Shown here: positions 9,026 to 18,545 of the stretch, piece after piece
Position numbering within the stretch: the stretch's first letter is position 1
How the letters are laid out: each line of letters begins with the position of its first letter
From: an uncultured Eubacteriales bacterium
GTDB taxonomy: Bacteria; Bacillota_I; Bacilli_A; RF39; UBA660
Length of the DNA: 64,000 bases
Assembly (NCBI GenBank): GCA_900319955.1
Contig: ONQM01000003.1
Location: forward strand, 17,654-81,653
Direction: 5' to 3'
The notes under the pieces: generated by a model
What the model saw: the letters and a program-made list of their open reading frames with translations, nothing else
What the model was told of the DNA's origin: nothing
Database searches by the model: none
Translations under genes and position numbers: made by a program

Positions 9026-10435
9026 TTAACCTCCGTTACTCATATTTTGCATGACGTTACTTGCATCTATTTGTGGCATTACTGGAACTTGTATATTAGA
9101 AGTTTGTGCATTACTAGGAATATTTACTTGTGCAGCACTTTGAGCATCTACATTAACACTTGAATTTAATGATGAATTTTCACTTGCTAAATTAATGTTA
9201 GTTGCAGGAATATTTTCAGTACCTGCTACAGCTTTCTCTTCCATTGTACCACCATTAAGTGCATTATTTAAAGCATTACTTTTTTCTTCACTTGGACCTG
9301 TTTCAGATTCTGCTTTCTGTGAAGCTTCAGCAAATCTCTTTGATTCATTCTCTTCTATTACCTTCTCAATATCAACATCAGGTAAATGAGCAAGAATATC
9401 ATCAATATTAAGATTTTGATTTTCTAGATATTCAACCAAATGTTTAGAAGGACGAGACATAATAGGATCCATATCATAAAGTTTTCTATAAAGAGTATGA
9501 CATACAGGTTTGTTATCTTCATCAACATAAAATTCAACAACCTCATCTACTTCACGATGGAACTTACCATACTTTTTAGAATAATAAGCTTTAATATGAA
9601 CACCAATTTGTACATAACGATAAATTGTATTTAAAAACTGATCAACATCAATATCTGTCTCAAGTAATGAATAAAGACGATAAGGAATTGCACTAGCTTT
9701 ATCAGCATGGATTGTTGATAAAATATTGTGTCCTGATGAAATAGAGTTACGTACAGCAGTAACTGCCTCAGCTGAACGAACCTCAGATAGTAAAATCCAT
9801 TTTGGATTCTGTCTCATACAGGTAACTAATACATCAGAGTATGATGCAACGTTATTAGTCTTCATTGCAACAATATCTCTAGTTGGAAAAATCTTATCAA
9901 GATGAAGTTCTAGAGTATCCTCAATTGTTATTATCTTTTCAGTCTCTTTAATATGACTTGCAAGATACTTAACAAACTCAGTTTTACCAGAACCAGTTTC
10001 ACCTGAAACAATTATGTTACAGTGTCCTTCAACACATTTCATTAATAAATCATGAATATCAGCAGTAAAATAATCTTCTGCAAGTAATTTTTCTTTCTTT
10101 AACCTTATCTTAGCAGGTGTTTTACGAATAACACATGCAATACCATTAGTAGCAATAGAAGGATGTACAAAGTTAAGACGTAACTCACTACTTTCTGCAT
10201 CTAGAAAAGGCTTAGCATTATTAAAGGTTGTACCCATAACATTAGAGCACTGAAAAGCAAGCTTTTCCATAAACTCTGGAGTACAACCTGGAACTTCTAC
10301 ACGAATGGAACCTTGAGATAAAGAACGAATCCAGATTTGTCCGCCATTACAATACGAGATATCGGTTATATCATCATTATCAAGTAGTGGTCTTAAAGGG
10401 CCAAAATCTAACTTATCAAATATATTTTCATTCAT
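9026..10435 (-). CDS. CpaF/TadA-family (VirB11-superfamily) secretion ATPase with a roughly 100-aa Ser/Asn/Ala/Gln-rich C-terminal tail
   Basis: Walker A motif GETGSGKT, Asp box ITIEDTLEL, Walker B-like LSEVRSAEA and His box STIHA, in the order characteristic of CpaF/TadA/VirB11 hexameric ATPases. The C-terminal low-complexity extension is ...ASQKAESETGPSEEKSNALNNALNGG...SSLNSSVNVDAQSAAQVNIPSNAQTSNIQ. Confidence 0.85.
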   Translation of the reverse strand: MNENIFDKLDFGPLRPLLDNDDITDISYCNGGQIWIRSLSQGSIRVEVPGCTPEFMEKLAFQCSNVMGTTFNNAKPFLDAESSELRLNFVHPSIATNGIACVIRKTPAKIRLKKEKLLAEDYFTADIHDLLMKCVEGHCNIIVSGETGSGKTEFVKYLASHIKETEKIITIEDTLELHLDKIFPTRDIVAMKTNNVASYSDVLVTCMRQNPKWILLSEVRSAEAVTAVRNSISSGHNILSTIHADKASAIPYRLYSLLETDIDVDQFLNTIYRYVQIGVHIKAYYSKKYGKFHREVDEVVEFYVDEDNKPVCHTLYRKLYDMDPIMSRPSKHLVEYLENQNLNIDDILAHLPDVDIEKVIEENESKRFAEASQKAESETGPSEEKSNALNNALNGGTMEEKAVAGTENIPATNINLASENSSLNSSVNVDAQSAAQVNIPSNAQTSNIQVPVMPQIDASNVMQNMSNGG

Positions 10436-10473
10436 TATCTCACTTCCACTCTTTTATTCTTTTATTCTTAATC

Positions 10474-11280
10474 TTATTGCATTGAATCTGTCCAATAAGT
10501 GACATTATTGATAAAGTCTTTAATATCTTTAGATGAAAGCTTTAAATCACCTGGATTAGACTTCTTACTTTCTGCAGTAGGAACTGGAGAAAGTTCAGTA
10601 CTATAGTTTCTTAAGTAATCTGCTTTCTTAAGTAAGATATAATATTCTTCTGGTACAGCAAATATTAACTGAGATGGTACTGCATTTTCATTTGTATTAG
10701 AGAATACATTCTTACCACTACTATCTCTAACAGCAAGTACTTTAACATTCTCAAGTAACTTACCAACCATAACTTTACCATTATTAGGATCATTTTCATC
10801 AGTAGATCCATAAGTAGCCTTAAAGTAAAGATCAATATAATTACCAGGGTATATTGAATTACTATAAGTAGTTTCCATATTAACACTCATATAATATAGA
10901 ACATATCCTTTTGGATAATCAAGAATAATACTATCAGGTAATTGATCTTTTTCAACAACACATCTAGTATAGAAAAGACTTCCAGAAGGAATCAAACAAT
11001 CTGCACCAGAGTATTTATCAATAACACTCTGTTTAGATCTATAAATATCACCTTTTATCATAGAAGGAGGAACTTGAGCTTCCCCAACCATGTCTTCTGT
11101 TATTTGAGTACTTGGATTAATTTCCTGAAGAGCATAAGGAACACTAATTGGATTAGTAGCTTGTTTAACTCTCCAGTTATAACCTATATATAATACAAGA
11201 ATAGCAAGTATTACACCAAGAACTGTAACAGTATTCTTATTAGTTAAAAATTTCTTTAAGCCAACCGTTATATTATTCAT
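10474..11280 (-). CDS. CpaB-like Flp/Tad assembly protein (N-terminal TM anchor plus SAF-like domain)
   Basis: 268 aa. TM helix VTVLGVILAILVLYIGY followed by a SAF-like segment (...PYALQEINPSTQITEDMV...), resembling the CpaB/RcpC N-terminus. It is positioned directly upstream of the CpaF-type ATPase, as in tad loci. Confidence 0.5.
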   Translation of the reverse strand: MNNITVGLKKFLTNKNTVTVLGVILAILVLYIGYNWRVKQATNPISVPYALQEINPSTQITEDMVGEAQVPPSMIKGDIYRSKQSVIDKYSGADCLIPSGSLFYTRCVVEKDQLPDSIILDYPKGYVLYYMSVNMETTYSNSIYPGNYIDLYFKATYGSTDENDPNNGKVMVGKLLENVKVLAVRDSSGKNVFSNTNENAVPSQLIFAVPEEYYILLKKADYLRNYSTELSPVPTAESKKSNPGDLKLSSKDIKDFINNVTYWTDSMQ

Positions 11281-11290
11281 TTTATTCCTC

Positions 11291-11794
11291 CTATTTACTT
11301 GGTAAATTATTTAAACCATTATAACTTGTAATCTTTAAATCTTTAATATAATCCTTATTTTTAGTTGTAACAGCTAAATTGTCTTTATTCTTAGTTTCAA
11401 TAATCATATCTGCAGTAGTTGTAATATCAACTTTATTTTCCCCACCTAATGCTTTTACAACAACAGTATTCTTAGGAGAAATTACTCTTATACTAACCTT
11501 AGGAGGTGTTTCATTAATATCATAAACTTTAATGTCATAATCACGAGTTCCCTCAACATTATTAGCAAAACGTTTTACAAAACTTTCCATAAACTTCTCT
11601 TTATCCATTCTGAGTAAGCCACTCTCTCTAAAGAAAGTATTATCAACTGCATCATTCATAGCAGCTTCTGTTGTCTCTTTTAATAGATAATAATCAAGTT
11701 CAGCACCAGTTTGTTGTCCACTAATAACACTAATTGAATAGAAACCTAATATTGCCATTAATATAATTCCAATTGTTAAAAATGCCTTATTCAC
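11291..11794 (-). CDS. Hypothetical small membrane-anchored protein (candidate pseudopilin-like or accessory component)
   Basis: 167 aa. N-terminal hydrophobic segment AFLTIGIILMAILGFYSISVISGQ, then a soluble domain. No TadE/Flp consensus was recognised. Confidence 0.5.
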   Translation of the reverse strand: MNKAFLTIGIILMAILGFYSISVISGQQTGAELDYYLLKETTEAAMNDAVDNTFFRESGLLRMDKEKFMESFVKRFANNVEGTRDYDIKVYDINETPPKVSIRVISPKNTVVVKALGGENKVDITTTADMIIETKNKDNLAVTTKNKDYIKDLKITSYNGLNNLPSK

Positions 11795-11811
11795 TATTAA
11801 TCACACTCCTA

Positions 11812-14800
11812 TTAACTAGCACTCTTTATAAAATTATTAAGAGTAGTCTTAGTATCCTCATCTATATCATAACTTGTTAAAGGATCACATGCTGTTCCAT
11901 TAAGAATATTATTACATTTTAATGCTTCTTCACTAGGCTTTCTAAGTAAAGAACCATAGCCTTCTGTAGTATTCTTACTACCCTCTGGTGAAGTTCTTAA
12001 AAATTTACTTACATAATACTTAATAGTTGGAATATCACTGCTTGGAGCATCATAGCCACCTTTTTCAGATGTATCTAATTTTGTAGCATCAGTATAATAT
12101 CCTGCATTCTTATATGCATCCCAATAATCTTCATTATTAATTGTCTTATAAGTACCATTTTTAAAATAAGTATAATCTTTATCACCATTTGTAATTTTAC
12201 GAATATTTTCTATATTCTTTTTATTTAAATAAATTTCATAATCAAGTTCATTATCATTGTTATAAATACTATCACCTTGAGATTTAATCTTAGCTGCTAA
12301 AAGTGTTGGTGTAATAGGATAATTAGCTATAGATAAATTAGTAGCATTAACACTCCAGTTAAAACCAGGTTGTCTGGAAGCAGAAGCACTTGTTTTTGCA
12401 TCTGCAACCTTCTTTACATTACCTGCTTGATACTCTACAGTACTTGTTGAAACTTTAGTAGATTTAGAAACCTTATTAGATGTTGGTTTAGTTCCACTTG
12501 ATGTAAACATATTTTGACTGTCATATGATCTAGCAACATAGTTACCCATTCTAGTTGTACATGTTTTATCAGTCTTATTATCACATGATGAATCAGGAAT
12601 TGATGAACATCCAGTACCAGTACAAGATACAGTCTTACAATTTGGATCCTTTGTTGTATCACAACTTGAAGTTTTTGTAGGATTTGGACAATTCTTAGTA
12701 TTAATTGGTTCAGGATCATCATCAAGTGCATAATAACATCCAGTCTTAAACTTCCAATCAAACATACCAAAGCTTTCTACCTTACTTATAATGTTATAAA
12801 CATCTGGTGTTGATTTACTAACTTTATCAAGTGTACAACCATTCTTAGCTCTTAGATATTCATCGAAGAATTTAACATTAACTTTCTTAGCAGTTGATGG
12901 TGTACAATACTTACCACTAACTTTCTTATACCATTGAGATTCTGCTGACATATCATCATAAACTACATAACCATGTTTATTTTCAATCCAAGCACCAGGG
13001 AATGTAATTATACCATGATATTGTGTAATTAATGCTTTAGTATTATTTTTCCAAGTACAATCAATCTTATTTCCATTTGCATCAGTATAAGAATCAGTCT
13101 TACCATCACAACCATCTACAACCTTACCAGCACACTGTCCAGCATTTAATTCAACAACTGTTGGGAATGAATGTGAAGCATTATTTAATTCTTTCTTCTT
13201 CTGCTCTTCCCCTTTTGCACTTGGGAACTTTCTACATAATTCTTGATCATAATTGCTTCCCTCACAAGATTGCTTATCAGTACTTGTATTATCAGTATCA
13301 TCATTTGCAGTCATAGTATAAGTGATACTATTGTCTTTACAATCATTTGCAGTATTTATACAATCAGCAATTTTACCAGTAAATGAAGATAAATCTTTTT
13401 CAAATTGTTTTTCAATCTCACCGGCAGTATCATAACAAACTGAAGTTGATGAAGATTTAGACCATTTGCAATTCCAAGTACAATTTTCATTTCTTCTAAA
13501 TCCAACACCATCATTATGTTCATCTTTAGTAGTATTTGGATAATATGAAGCACCTTTTTCATACATACCTAAGAAGCATTTATTCCAACCAAGTTTCTTA
13601 CATTCACTATAATTTGTTTCAGGAGAACATGTTGTGCTACCAACTAGCCAACTATTCTTATAATGATAATCTGTACAAACAGTTAAAGCTGCCATAGATT
13701 TATTCTTAAAATAATACTTAGCATATTTAGTCCAATAGCAATCAGAACTTGTTGCACTATCAGAGCCTTGAACATGTGAGTTAACATAATCATAAACTGC
13801 ATCAATATATCCATCAGGAACTTTTCCAGGAGTCGTACCACTTGCTAAAGTACCAGGGAAGTTTTTACATATTTCAGATTCTGTAAATTTAGAACCCTTA
13901 ACAGTATCGGTTTTCTTTAACTTAATTACATCACTAGATGTTGATTCTTTACCTTCTGTTGTTAATACATTATTATTTGAATTTTGTGCTAAATTATTTG
14001 ATACTTTTGATGTACTTGATACTTTTGTACCATATGCTTTATTAAAACATTTATTTATACATTTATCAGAATATTTTCCACCATCACAATCCAAAACGCA
14101 TAAATCAAATTCATCATCTGGTCCAGCTGATGCTGTATGTAAATCAGGTTTATTAGAATTTCCACCACCACATATAGGTGTATCTTGACAAGAAGCATTT
14201 TCATATTTTCTAAAATCAGGAATCTTATCAAAATCAGGTTTTACCACACATGATGTAGTACTCTTAATTTCTACTTTATATGTAAAACAATTACCAGGAG
14301 TTACAGCTTGAGGTGCATCAAATGCTATTGCAAGTTGTTCACGACAAGTATAACTGCAAACATTTTGAGCAACAGTTTTCTTAGAAGTTAATCCACTTTG
14401 ATTGAATAAAAGCATATCAGCTTTTACATCTTCAGCCTTATCATAATATAAATATTTATAAGTTTTTTCATTATCAAGTCTATTATCACAAGTTAACATA
14501 TCTTTTTTATTAGATTCTGCATTTTCATAACCAGTTTTATTAGTAGCTTGGTCTTTTAATTTGTCTTTACTGTCACGACCCTTTTTACTTAAGTCAGGAT
14601 CATCGACCTTTATCCATTTTTTATCTGATCCTTGAGTTAAATCAGGTAGTTTTGGATTATCAGGATCAATTCCTAAATCTCTCATTTTAGCTCTTTCAGA
14701 AATATAGTCTTCAAAAGTTTTTTCAAATGATGCCATATCTTCCTTTATCTTAGTAAGAATTTCATCTGAAATATTATAATCAACATAAGCATCTTTTGCA

Positions 14801-15969
14801 TCGTATCCTACAACCTTATCTCCACTAACAGAAACAGCTAAATTACCATTAGAATATCGAGGGAAACAAGGACCCATTGTTTTATTAACAAGAGCATCAG
14901 TATACTCATTCCATTCAGAATCAGATGCATGCTTATAGTATGATTTTACTGCCCATTCACATGCAGAGCCAGAACTAAAATCAGCAGATGTAGTTCTGTT
15001 TGTATTAGATGCAGCTATATTATTCAATATATTTGCTTCATCCTGTAAATCGCCACCATATGTTGTGTAATATGATTTTATTGTCATCTTCTTTTTGTTT
15101 TTCTTAGCATAAACTATGAATATTGCATATTCTCCACTATTTTCCACTTTAAAATCATATGTTGTATGCTTTGATGGTGTATAAGTTATAACTTTATCAT
15201 GTGGACCATTTGCATGATTTGCATACCACCAGTTTGTATATGCTTCTGCGCAAGTCTTATTGTTTACTCCTTTTTTGTTGCACGCATCTTTTTTCTTATA
15301 ATGTTTTACTTTTGCATCATATTCATCTTTATCAAAATCAACTGCTGCAATTTTTATTTTTTTATCTGTTGCATCCCCATTAGATATAAAAGTAACTGTT
15401 GAAGGGTCTGATATATGAAATTGGACTTGAAATCCAAATAATGATACATCAACTGGTTCTGGGTCAGTTAATGAACCTACATCAACTGAATCAGGATCAT
15501 CAACATCCTCATCTACATCAGGTTCTTCAGCTGTAGTAGTTGTAGTACTTTCATTTGAAGTTGTGCTTGAACTATTACTTGATGGTGTATATGAATTATT
15601 GCTAGTAGAACTGCTGCTTGAACTTGAGTTTGAATTAGAACTGTTAGAGCTTGCTTTAGCAACACATTCAGCATGTTTAGAATCAATTACATGTCTAGCA
15701 AAACCATCATTACATTTACAATTTGTACCTTTACTAGAAGCCCAAGAAGCATTTGCTTCGCAAGAACAAGTACTTCTACTAACTTTCTTACAATCACCAT
15801 TTTTCTTTTTGGCACCTGTACAATGACTTAATGTACCGCATCCATCAGCTGCATATACATTACTTTTGTTATTAAAATTTACATCGATTGTAAATCCAAA
15901 TAACATTACAATGGCTAGTAAAAATATTCCAACCCTCTTTTTATAACTATTTTTAGACATCTTCGCCAT
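11812..15969 (-). CDS. Giant cysteine-rich secreted protein (1385 aa) with a Ser/Thr-rich linker, an acidic region and many CxxC/C-rich modules
   Basis: Signal peptide MAKMSKNSYKKRVGIFLLAIVMLFGFTIDVNFNNKSNVYA-ADGCG. Poly-Ser/Thr linker SSNSSNSNSSSSSSSTSNNSYTPSSNSSSTTSNESTTTTTAEEPDVDEDVDDPD. Dozens of Cys are spread through the protein (e.g. TSSCDTTKDPNCKTVSCTGTGCSSIPDSSCDNKTDKTCT). There is no LPXTG-type C-terminus. The start overlaps the upstream sortase gene by 17 nt. Confidence 0.8.
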   Translation of the reverse strand: MAKMSKNSYKKRVGIFLLAIVMLFGFTIDVNFNNKSNVYAADGCGTLSHCTGAKKKNGDCKKVSRSTCSCEANASWASSKGTNCKCNDGFARHVIDSKHAECVAKASSNSSNSNSSSSSSSTSNNSYTPSSNSSSTTSNESTTTTTAEEPDVDEDVDDPDSVDVGSLTDPEPVDVSLFGFQVQFHISDPSTVTFISNGDATDKKIKIAAVDFDKDEYDAKVKHYKKKDACNKKGVNNKTCAEAYTNWWYANHANGPHDKVITYTPSKHTTYDFKVENSGEYAIFIVYAKKNKKKMTIKSYYTTYGGDLQDEANILNNIAASNTNRTTSADFSSGSACEWAVKSYYKHASDSEWNEYTDALVNKTMGPCFPRYSNGNLAVSVSGDKVVGYDAKDAYVDYNISDEILTKIKEDMASFEKTFEDYISERAKMRDLGIDPDNPKLPDLTQGSDKKWIKVDDPDLSKKGRDSKDKLKDQATNKTGYENAESNKKDMLTCDNRLDNEKTYKYLYYDKAEDVKADMLLFNQSGLTSKKTVAQNVCSYTCREQLAIAFDAPQAVTPGNCFTYKVEIKSTTSCVVKPDFDKIPDFRKYENASCQDTPICGGGNSNKPDLHTASAGPDDEFDLCVLDCDGGKYSDKCINKCFNKAYGTKVSSTSKVSNNLAQNSNNNVLTTEGKESTSSDVIKLKKTDTVKGSKFTESEICKNFPGTLASGTTPGKVPDGYIDAVYDYVNSHVQGSDSATSSDCYWTKYAKYYFKNKSMAALTVCTDYHYKNSWLVGSTTCSPETNYSECKKLGWNKCFLGMYEKGASYYPNTTKDEHNDGVGFRRNENCTWNCKWSKSSSTSVCYDTAGEIEKQFEKDLSSFTGKIADCINTANDCKDNSITYTMTANDDTDNTSTDKQSCEGSNYDQELCRKFPSAKGEEQKKKELNNASHSFPTVVELNAGQCAGKVVDGCDGKTDSYTDANGNKIDCTWKNNTKALITQYHGIITFPGAWIENKHGYVVYDDMSAESQWYKKVSGKYCTPSTAKKVNVKFFDEYLRAKNGCTLDKVSKSTPDVYNIISKVESFGMFDWKFKTGCYYALDDDPEPINTKNCPNPTKTSSCDTTKDPNCKTVSCTGTGCSSIPDSSCDNKTDKTCTTRMGNYVARSYDSQNMFTSSGTKPTSNKVSKSTKVSTSTVEYQAGNVKKVADAKTSASASRQPGFNWSVNATNLSIANYPITPTLLAAKIKSQGDSIYNNDNELDYEIYLNKKNIENIRKITNGDKDYTYFKNGTYKTINNEDYWDAYKNAGYYTDATKLDTSEKGGYDAPSSDIPTIKYYVSKFLRTSPEGSKNTTEGYGSLLRKPSEEALKCNNILNGTACDPLTSYDIDEDTKTTLNNFIKSAS

Positions 15970-16756
15970 CTCCTTCTAATATTTTTTTGATTTTTTTATA
16001 GTCCTTCTTTTCATGCATATCATAATTATACCCTTTATTACTATTTTTTACAAGTTTTCCATCAACTTTTAAATAATAATGATAAGGACCTAATAATCTC
16101 GTACACGTATATAAAGAAATTAACTTATCTTCTTTATTTACATCAATATCATATTTATAAATACTTTCTTTTAATGAGTCTTTTATAAATTTTTTCTTAA
16201 TTGTTTTTGTAATGCTATTAGGAAAATAATAAACTTCATTATCATTTATTATTGAAACACCATATATTTGATATAAATAATTAACATTGTTAAATGTAAA
16301 TTGTATATACTTATTTTTATCAGCAAAATCACTATAAACAAAAGCCATTAATGGTTCAAATCTTTGCAATTTCTTATCATTTACCTTTGGATGTGGTCCA
16401 ACATTAATATAGTTGTGACCAAAAATTGGAATAAAATCTGAAAGTTTTTTTTCAGGTTTATTAATCCAAGCATAATTATCAAGTGATGGATATGTTTCAG
16501 ATGAAACTGGCATATCAATGTTAGTACCTTGTACCTTAATCCATCCAATTACCTTATCTTTTTTACTTTTCTTTTTCAACTTCTCAACATTTTTTGTTCT
16601 ATCTTCTACCTTATATATAGGGAAAAATTTATTACTGATTTTCTCTCTATTTATAACAAGAATTATAGCAAACAAAATGAGAAGTAATAAAAGAATTATA
16701 ACATGTTTGTTTATCATCTTTGATGCTTTTTTTTCTTTTCTTATATTTCTTTTCAT
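15953..16756 (-). CDS. Class B sortase-like transpeptidase (SrtB family)
   Basis: N-terminal TM anchor. KVIGWIKVQGTNIDMPV matches the SrtB N-terminal signature (compare S. aureus SrtB IVGWIKLSGTSLNYPV and C. difficile SrtB IGWLQVQDTNINYPV). The His motif is IFGHNY and the Cys motif is KLISLYTCT (TLxTC-type). The position aligned to the catalytic Arg is uncertain and may be His. Confidence 0.7.
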   Translation of the reverse strand: MKRNIRKEKKASKMINKHVIILLLLLILFAIILVINREKISNKFFPIYKVEDRTKNVEKLKKKSKKDKVIGWIKVQGTNIDMPVSSETYPSLDNYAWINKPEKKLSDFIPIFGHNYINVGPHPKVNDKKLQRFEPLMAFVYSDFADKNKYIQFTFNNVNYLYQIYGVSIINDNEVYYFPNSITKTIKKKFIKDSLKESIYKYDIDVNKEDKLISLYTCTRLLGPYHYYLKVDGKLVKNSNKGYNYDMHEKKDYKKIKKILEGDGEDV

Positions 16757-16775
16757 ATTACTCCTCTATCCTATA

Positions 16776-18527
16776 CTAATAACTTATTGTATATGGGTCT
16801 TGCTTAGTTCCAGAACCACTAACAACTACTGCATCATTTCTTAAATAACCTGCAATCTTTGTTGAAGATGCATAAGCAAAATTTGCAATTGGAAAATAAA
16901 TTGTACCATTTCCACTACCATAATATTGCTTATATTTTTTACTATACTCTATATACCAAGTTTGACCATTAATATTTGAGTAAAAATCAAATAAAGATGG
17001 CAACGATATTTTAATATTATATGTTTTTGATTCATGTTTTCCATTGTATGTTGGATATGAACTATATATATTTGCAGAAACTTTATGTTTTTTAAATATA
17101 TTAGTACTAATTTGTCTAGAAATATTATTTTCTACTGAATAACCAATATTATTATTTTTATTTGGGTTGTATTTACTATTATTAACTATGTTATCATCAA
17201 ACTCATAAGAATAATTTGATATAACTTTAACATTTTTTGAATCATTAGAAGAAACTCTAAATAATTGTCCTCTATATGAAATATACTCTCCTACTCTTAG
17301 TTTACTAACTTTTGTTCCACCTTTTAATTCCTTGAAGTTATCTATTACATATGGATTCTCATAAGATCCAGTTCCTTTTTTAATTAAAGTACTCTTTTTA
17401 ATAACAAAAACTGGCCTAACACTAAATATATAGTTCTTATTATAGTCTAAATATTTACTAGACTGACCATTAAATGAATATCTAGTTGTCCATGCCTCTT
17501 TACTATTTTTACTATTATACGTCCAACTAATAGTATCAGGATAAAGAAAACTTCCCCCCTCCTTTGTTAAGCTACTATTATACTCATTTATTGACAAAAG
17601 TCCAGAATTTCCAATATTTTTCTTTGAATTACATGTTGTTATTTTGTCTTTATCTTTAGATGAAACGGTATCAGAACAGAAATTATAGTTTGTAACAACA
17701 TACTTCTTACTATCATTAGTTAAAGTGTCATAAAAATCATTCAAGTAATCTTTTATTGAATTAAAATCAATATGACCTACATCTTCATTTGCAACTATCT
17801 TTGTATTACCATCACTATCAAGTCCTACTATTCTATAAAGTTGTCCACTAAACATTATGTAATTATCTCCATCACCAACATAAACATTACTCTTACCAGT
17901 AGCTTTCTCAACTGTCTTAGAAAGATTTTGTGTAACCTTAACAGTTCTAGTTACTTCAGTTTTATTCTCTAAAGTATCAACAGCACTATAAGTAATAGTA
18001 TATACTCCATTCTTACTTGTATCAACATCACTTGATACAGCAACATCTTTTGCATTTATTTTACCATCATTATTATCTATAACACTCTTAACACCAGGAT
18101 CTTTAAATTTAGAATATCTTTCTACATTAATAGTATCATTACCATTTAATGTAATAACAGGTCCAGTATGATCTATATTAGAAGAAAATATACCACATTT
18201 TAAATAAGTATAATATAAATACTGTCCTTCTTTTCTTTTTACTTTAACAAAACTATGTCTAGTATCACAAGTATCATGATTATAAGCAGTTCTTAAATCA
18301 GGAATATACTTTTTATCTAAAAGTTCAACACCATTAATAGTTCTAATTTCTCCTTCTTCTGGTAAAAGATTTTTATTTATTTCAAAATATCTTTTAGCAC
18401 CTTTAAGTAAAGTACTTTCATTTTCATTAAACTTAATTAATGGAAATATAAATAATAAATAAATAATTAGTAAAACTCCCGCAATTACAAGTATTTTAGT
18501 AACTGACTTTTTAGTATCATTTTTCAT
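16776..18527 (-). CDS. N-terminally anchored surface protein with a bacterial Ig-like (DUF5011-like) domain and GxGxxxxPY(V/T)I motifs
   Basis: 583 aa. Type-II-style N-terminal TM (ILVIAGVLLIIYLLFIFPLI). HTGPVITLNGNDTINVERYSKFKDPGVKSVIDNNDGKI matches the DUF5011 Ig-like pattern. GTGSYENPYVIDNF and GSGTKQDPYTISY occur in the C-terminal half. No C-terminal sorting signal. Confidence 0.65.
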   Translation of the reverse strand: MKNDTKKSVTKILVIAGVLLIIYLLFIFPLIKFNENESTLLKGAKRYFEINKNLLPEEGEIRTINGVELLDKKYIPDLRTAYNHDTCDTRHSFVKVKRKEGQYLYYTYLKCGIFSSNIDHTGPVITLNGNDTINVERYSKFKDPGVKSVIDNNDGKINAKDVAVSSDVDTSKNGVYTITYSAVDTLENKTEVTRTVKVTQNLSKTVEKATGKSNVYVGDGDNYIMFSGQLYRIVGLDSDGNTKIVANEDVGHIDFNSIKDYLNDFYDTLTNDSKKYVVTNYNFCSDTVSSKDKDKITTCNSKKNIGNSGLLSINEYNSSLTKEGGSFLYPDTISWTYNSKNSKEAWTTRYSFNGQSSKYLDYNKNYIFSVRPVFVIKKSTLIKKGTGSYENPYVIDNFKELKGGTKVSKLRVGEYISYRGQLFRVSSNDSKNVKVISNYSYEFDDNIVNNSKYNPNKNNNIGYSVENNISRQISTNIFKKHKVSANIYSSYPTYNGKHESKTYNIKISLPSLFDFYSNINGQTWYIEYSKKYKQYYGSGNGTIYFPIANFAYASSTKIAGYLRNDAVVVSGSGTKQDPYTISY

Positions 18528-18545
18528 AATCTCTAACCTTCCTTT

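Noticed and set aside
12435-15826. Short antisense or alternative-frame ORFs within the 1385-aa gene (12435..12770, 13077..13316, 13356..13562, 15199..15402, 15563..15826)
   Set aside because: They are fully embedded in a much longer ORF with a signal peptide. They encode low-complexity Leu/Ile/Gln-rich sequence typical of AT-rich antisense frames.
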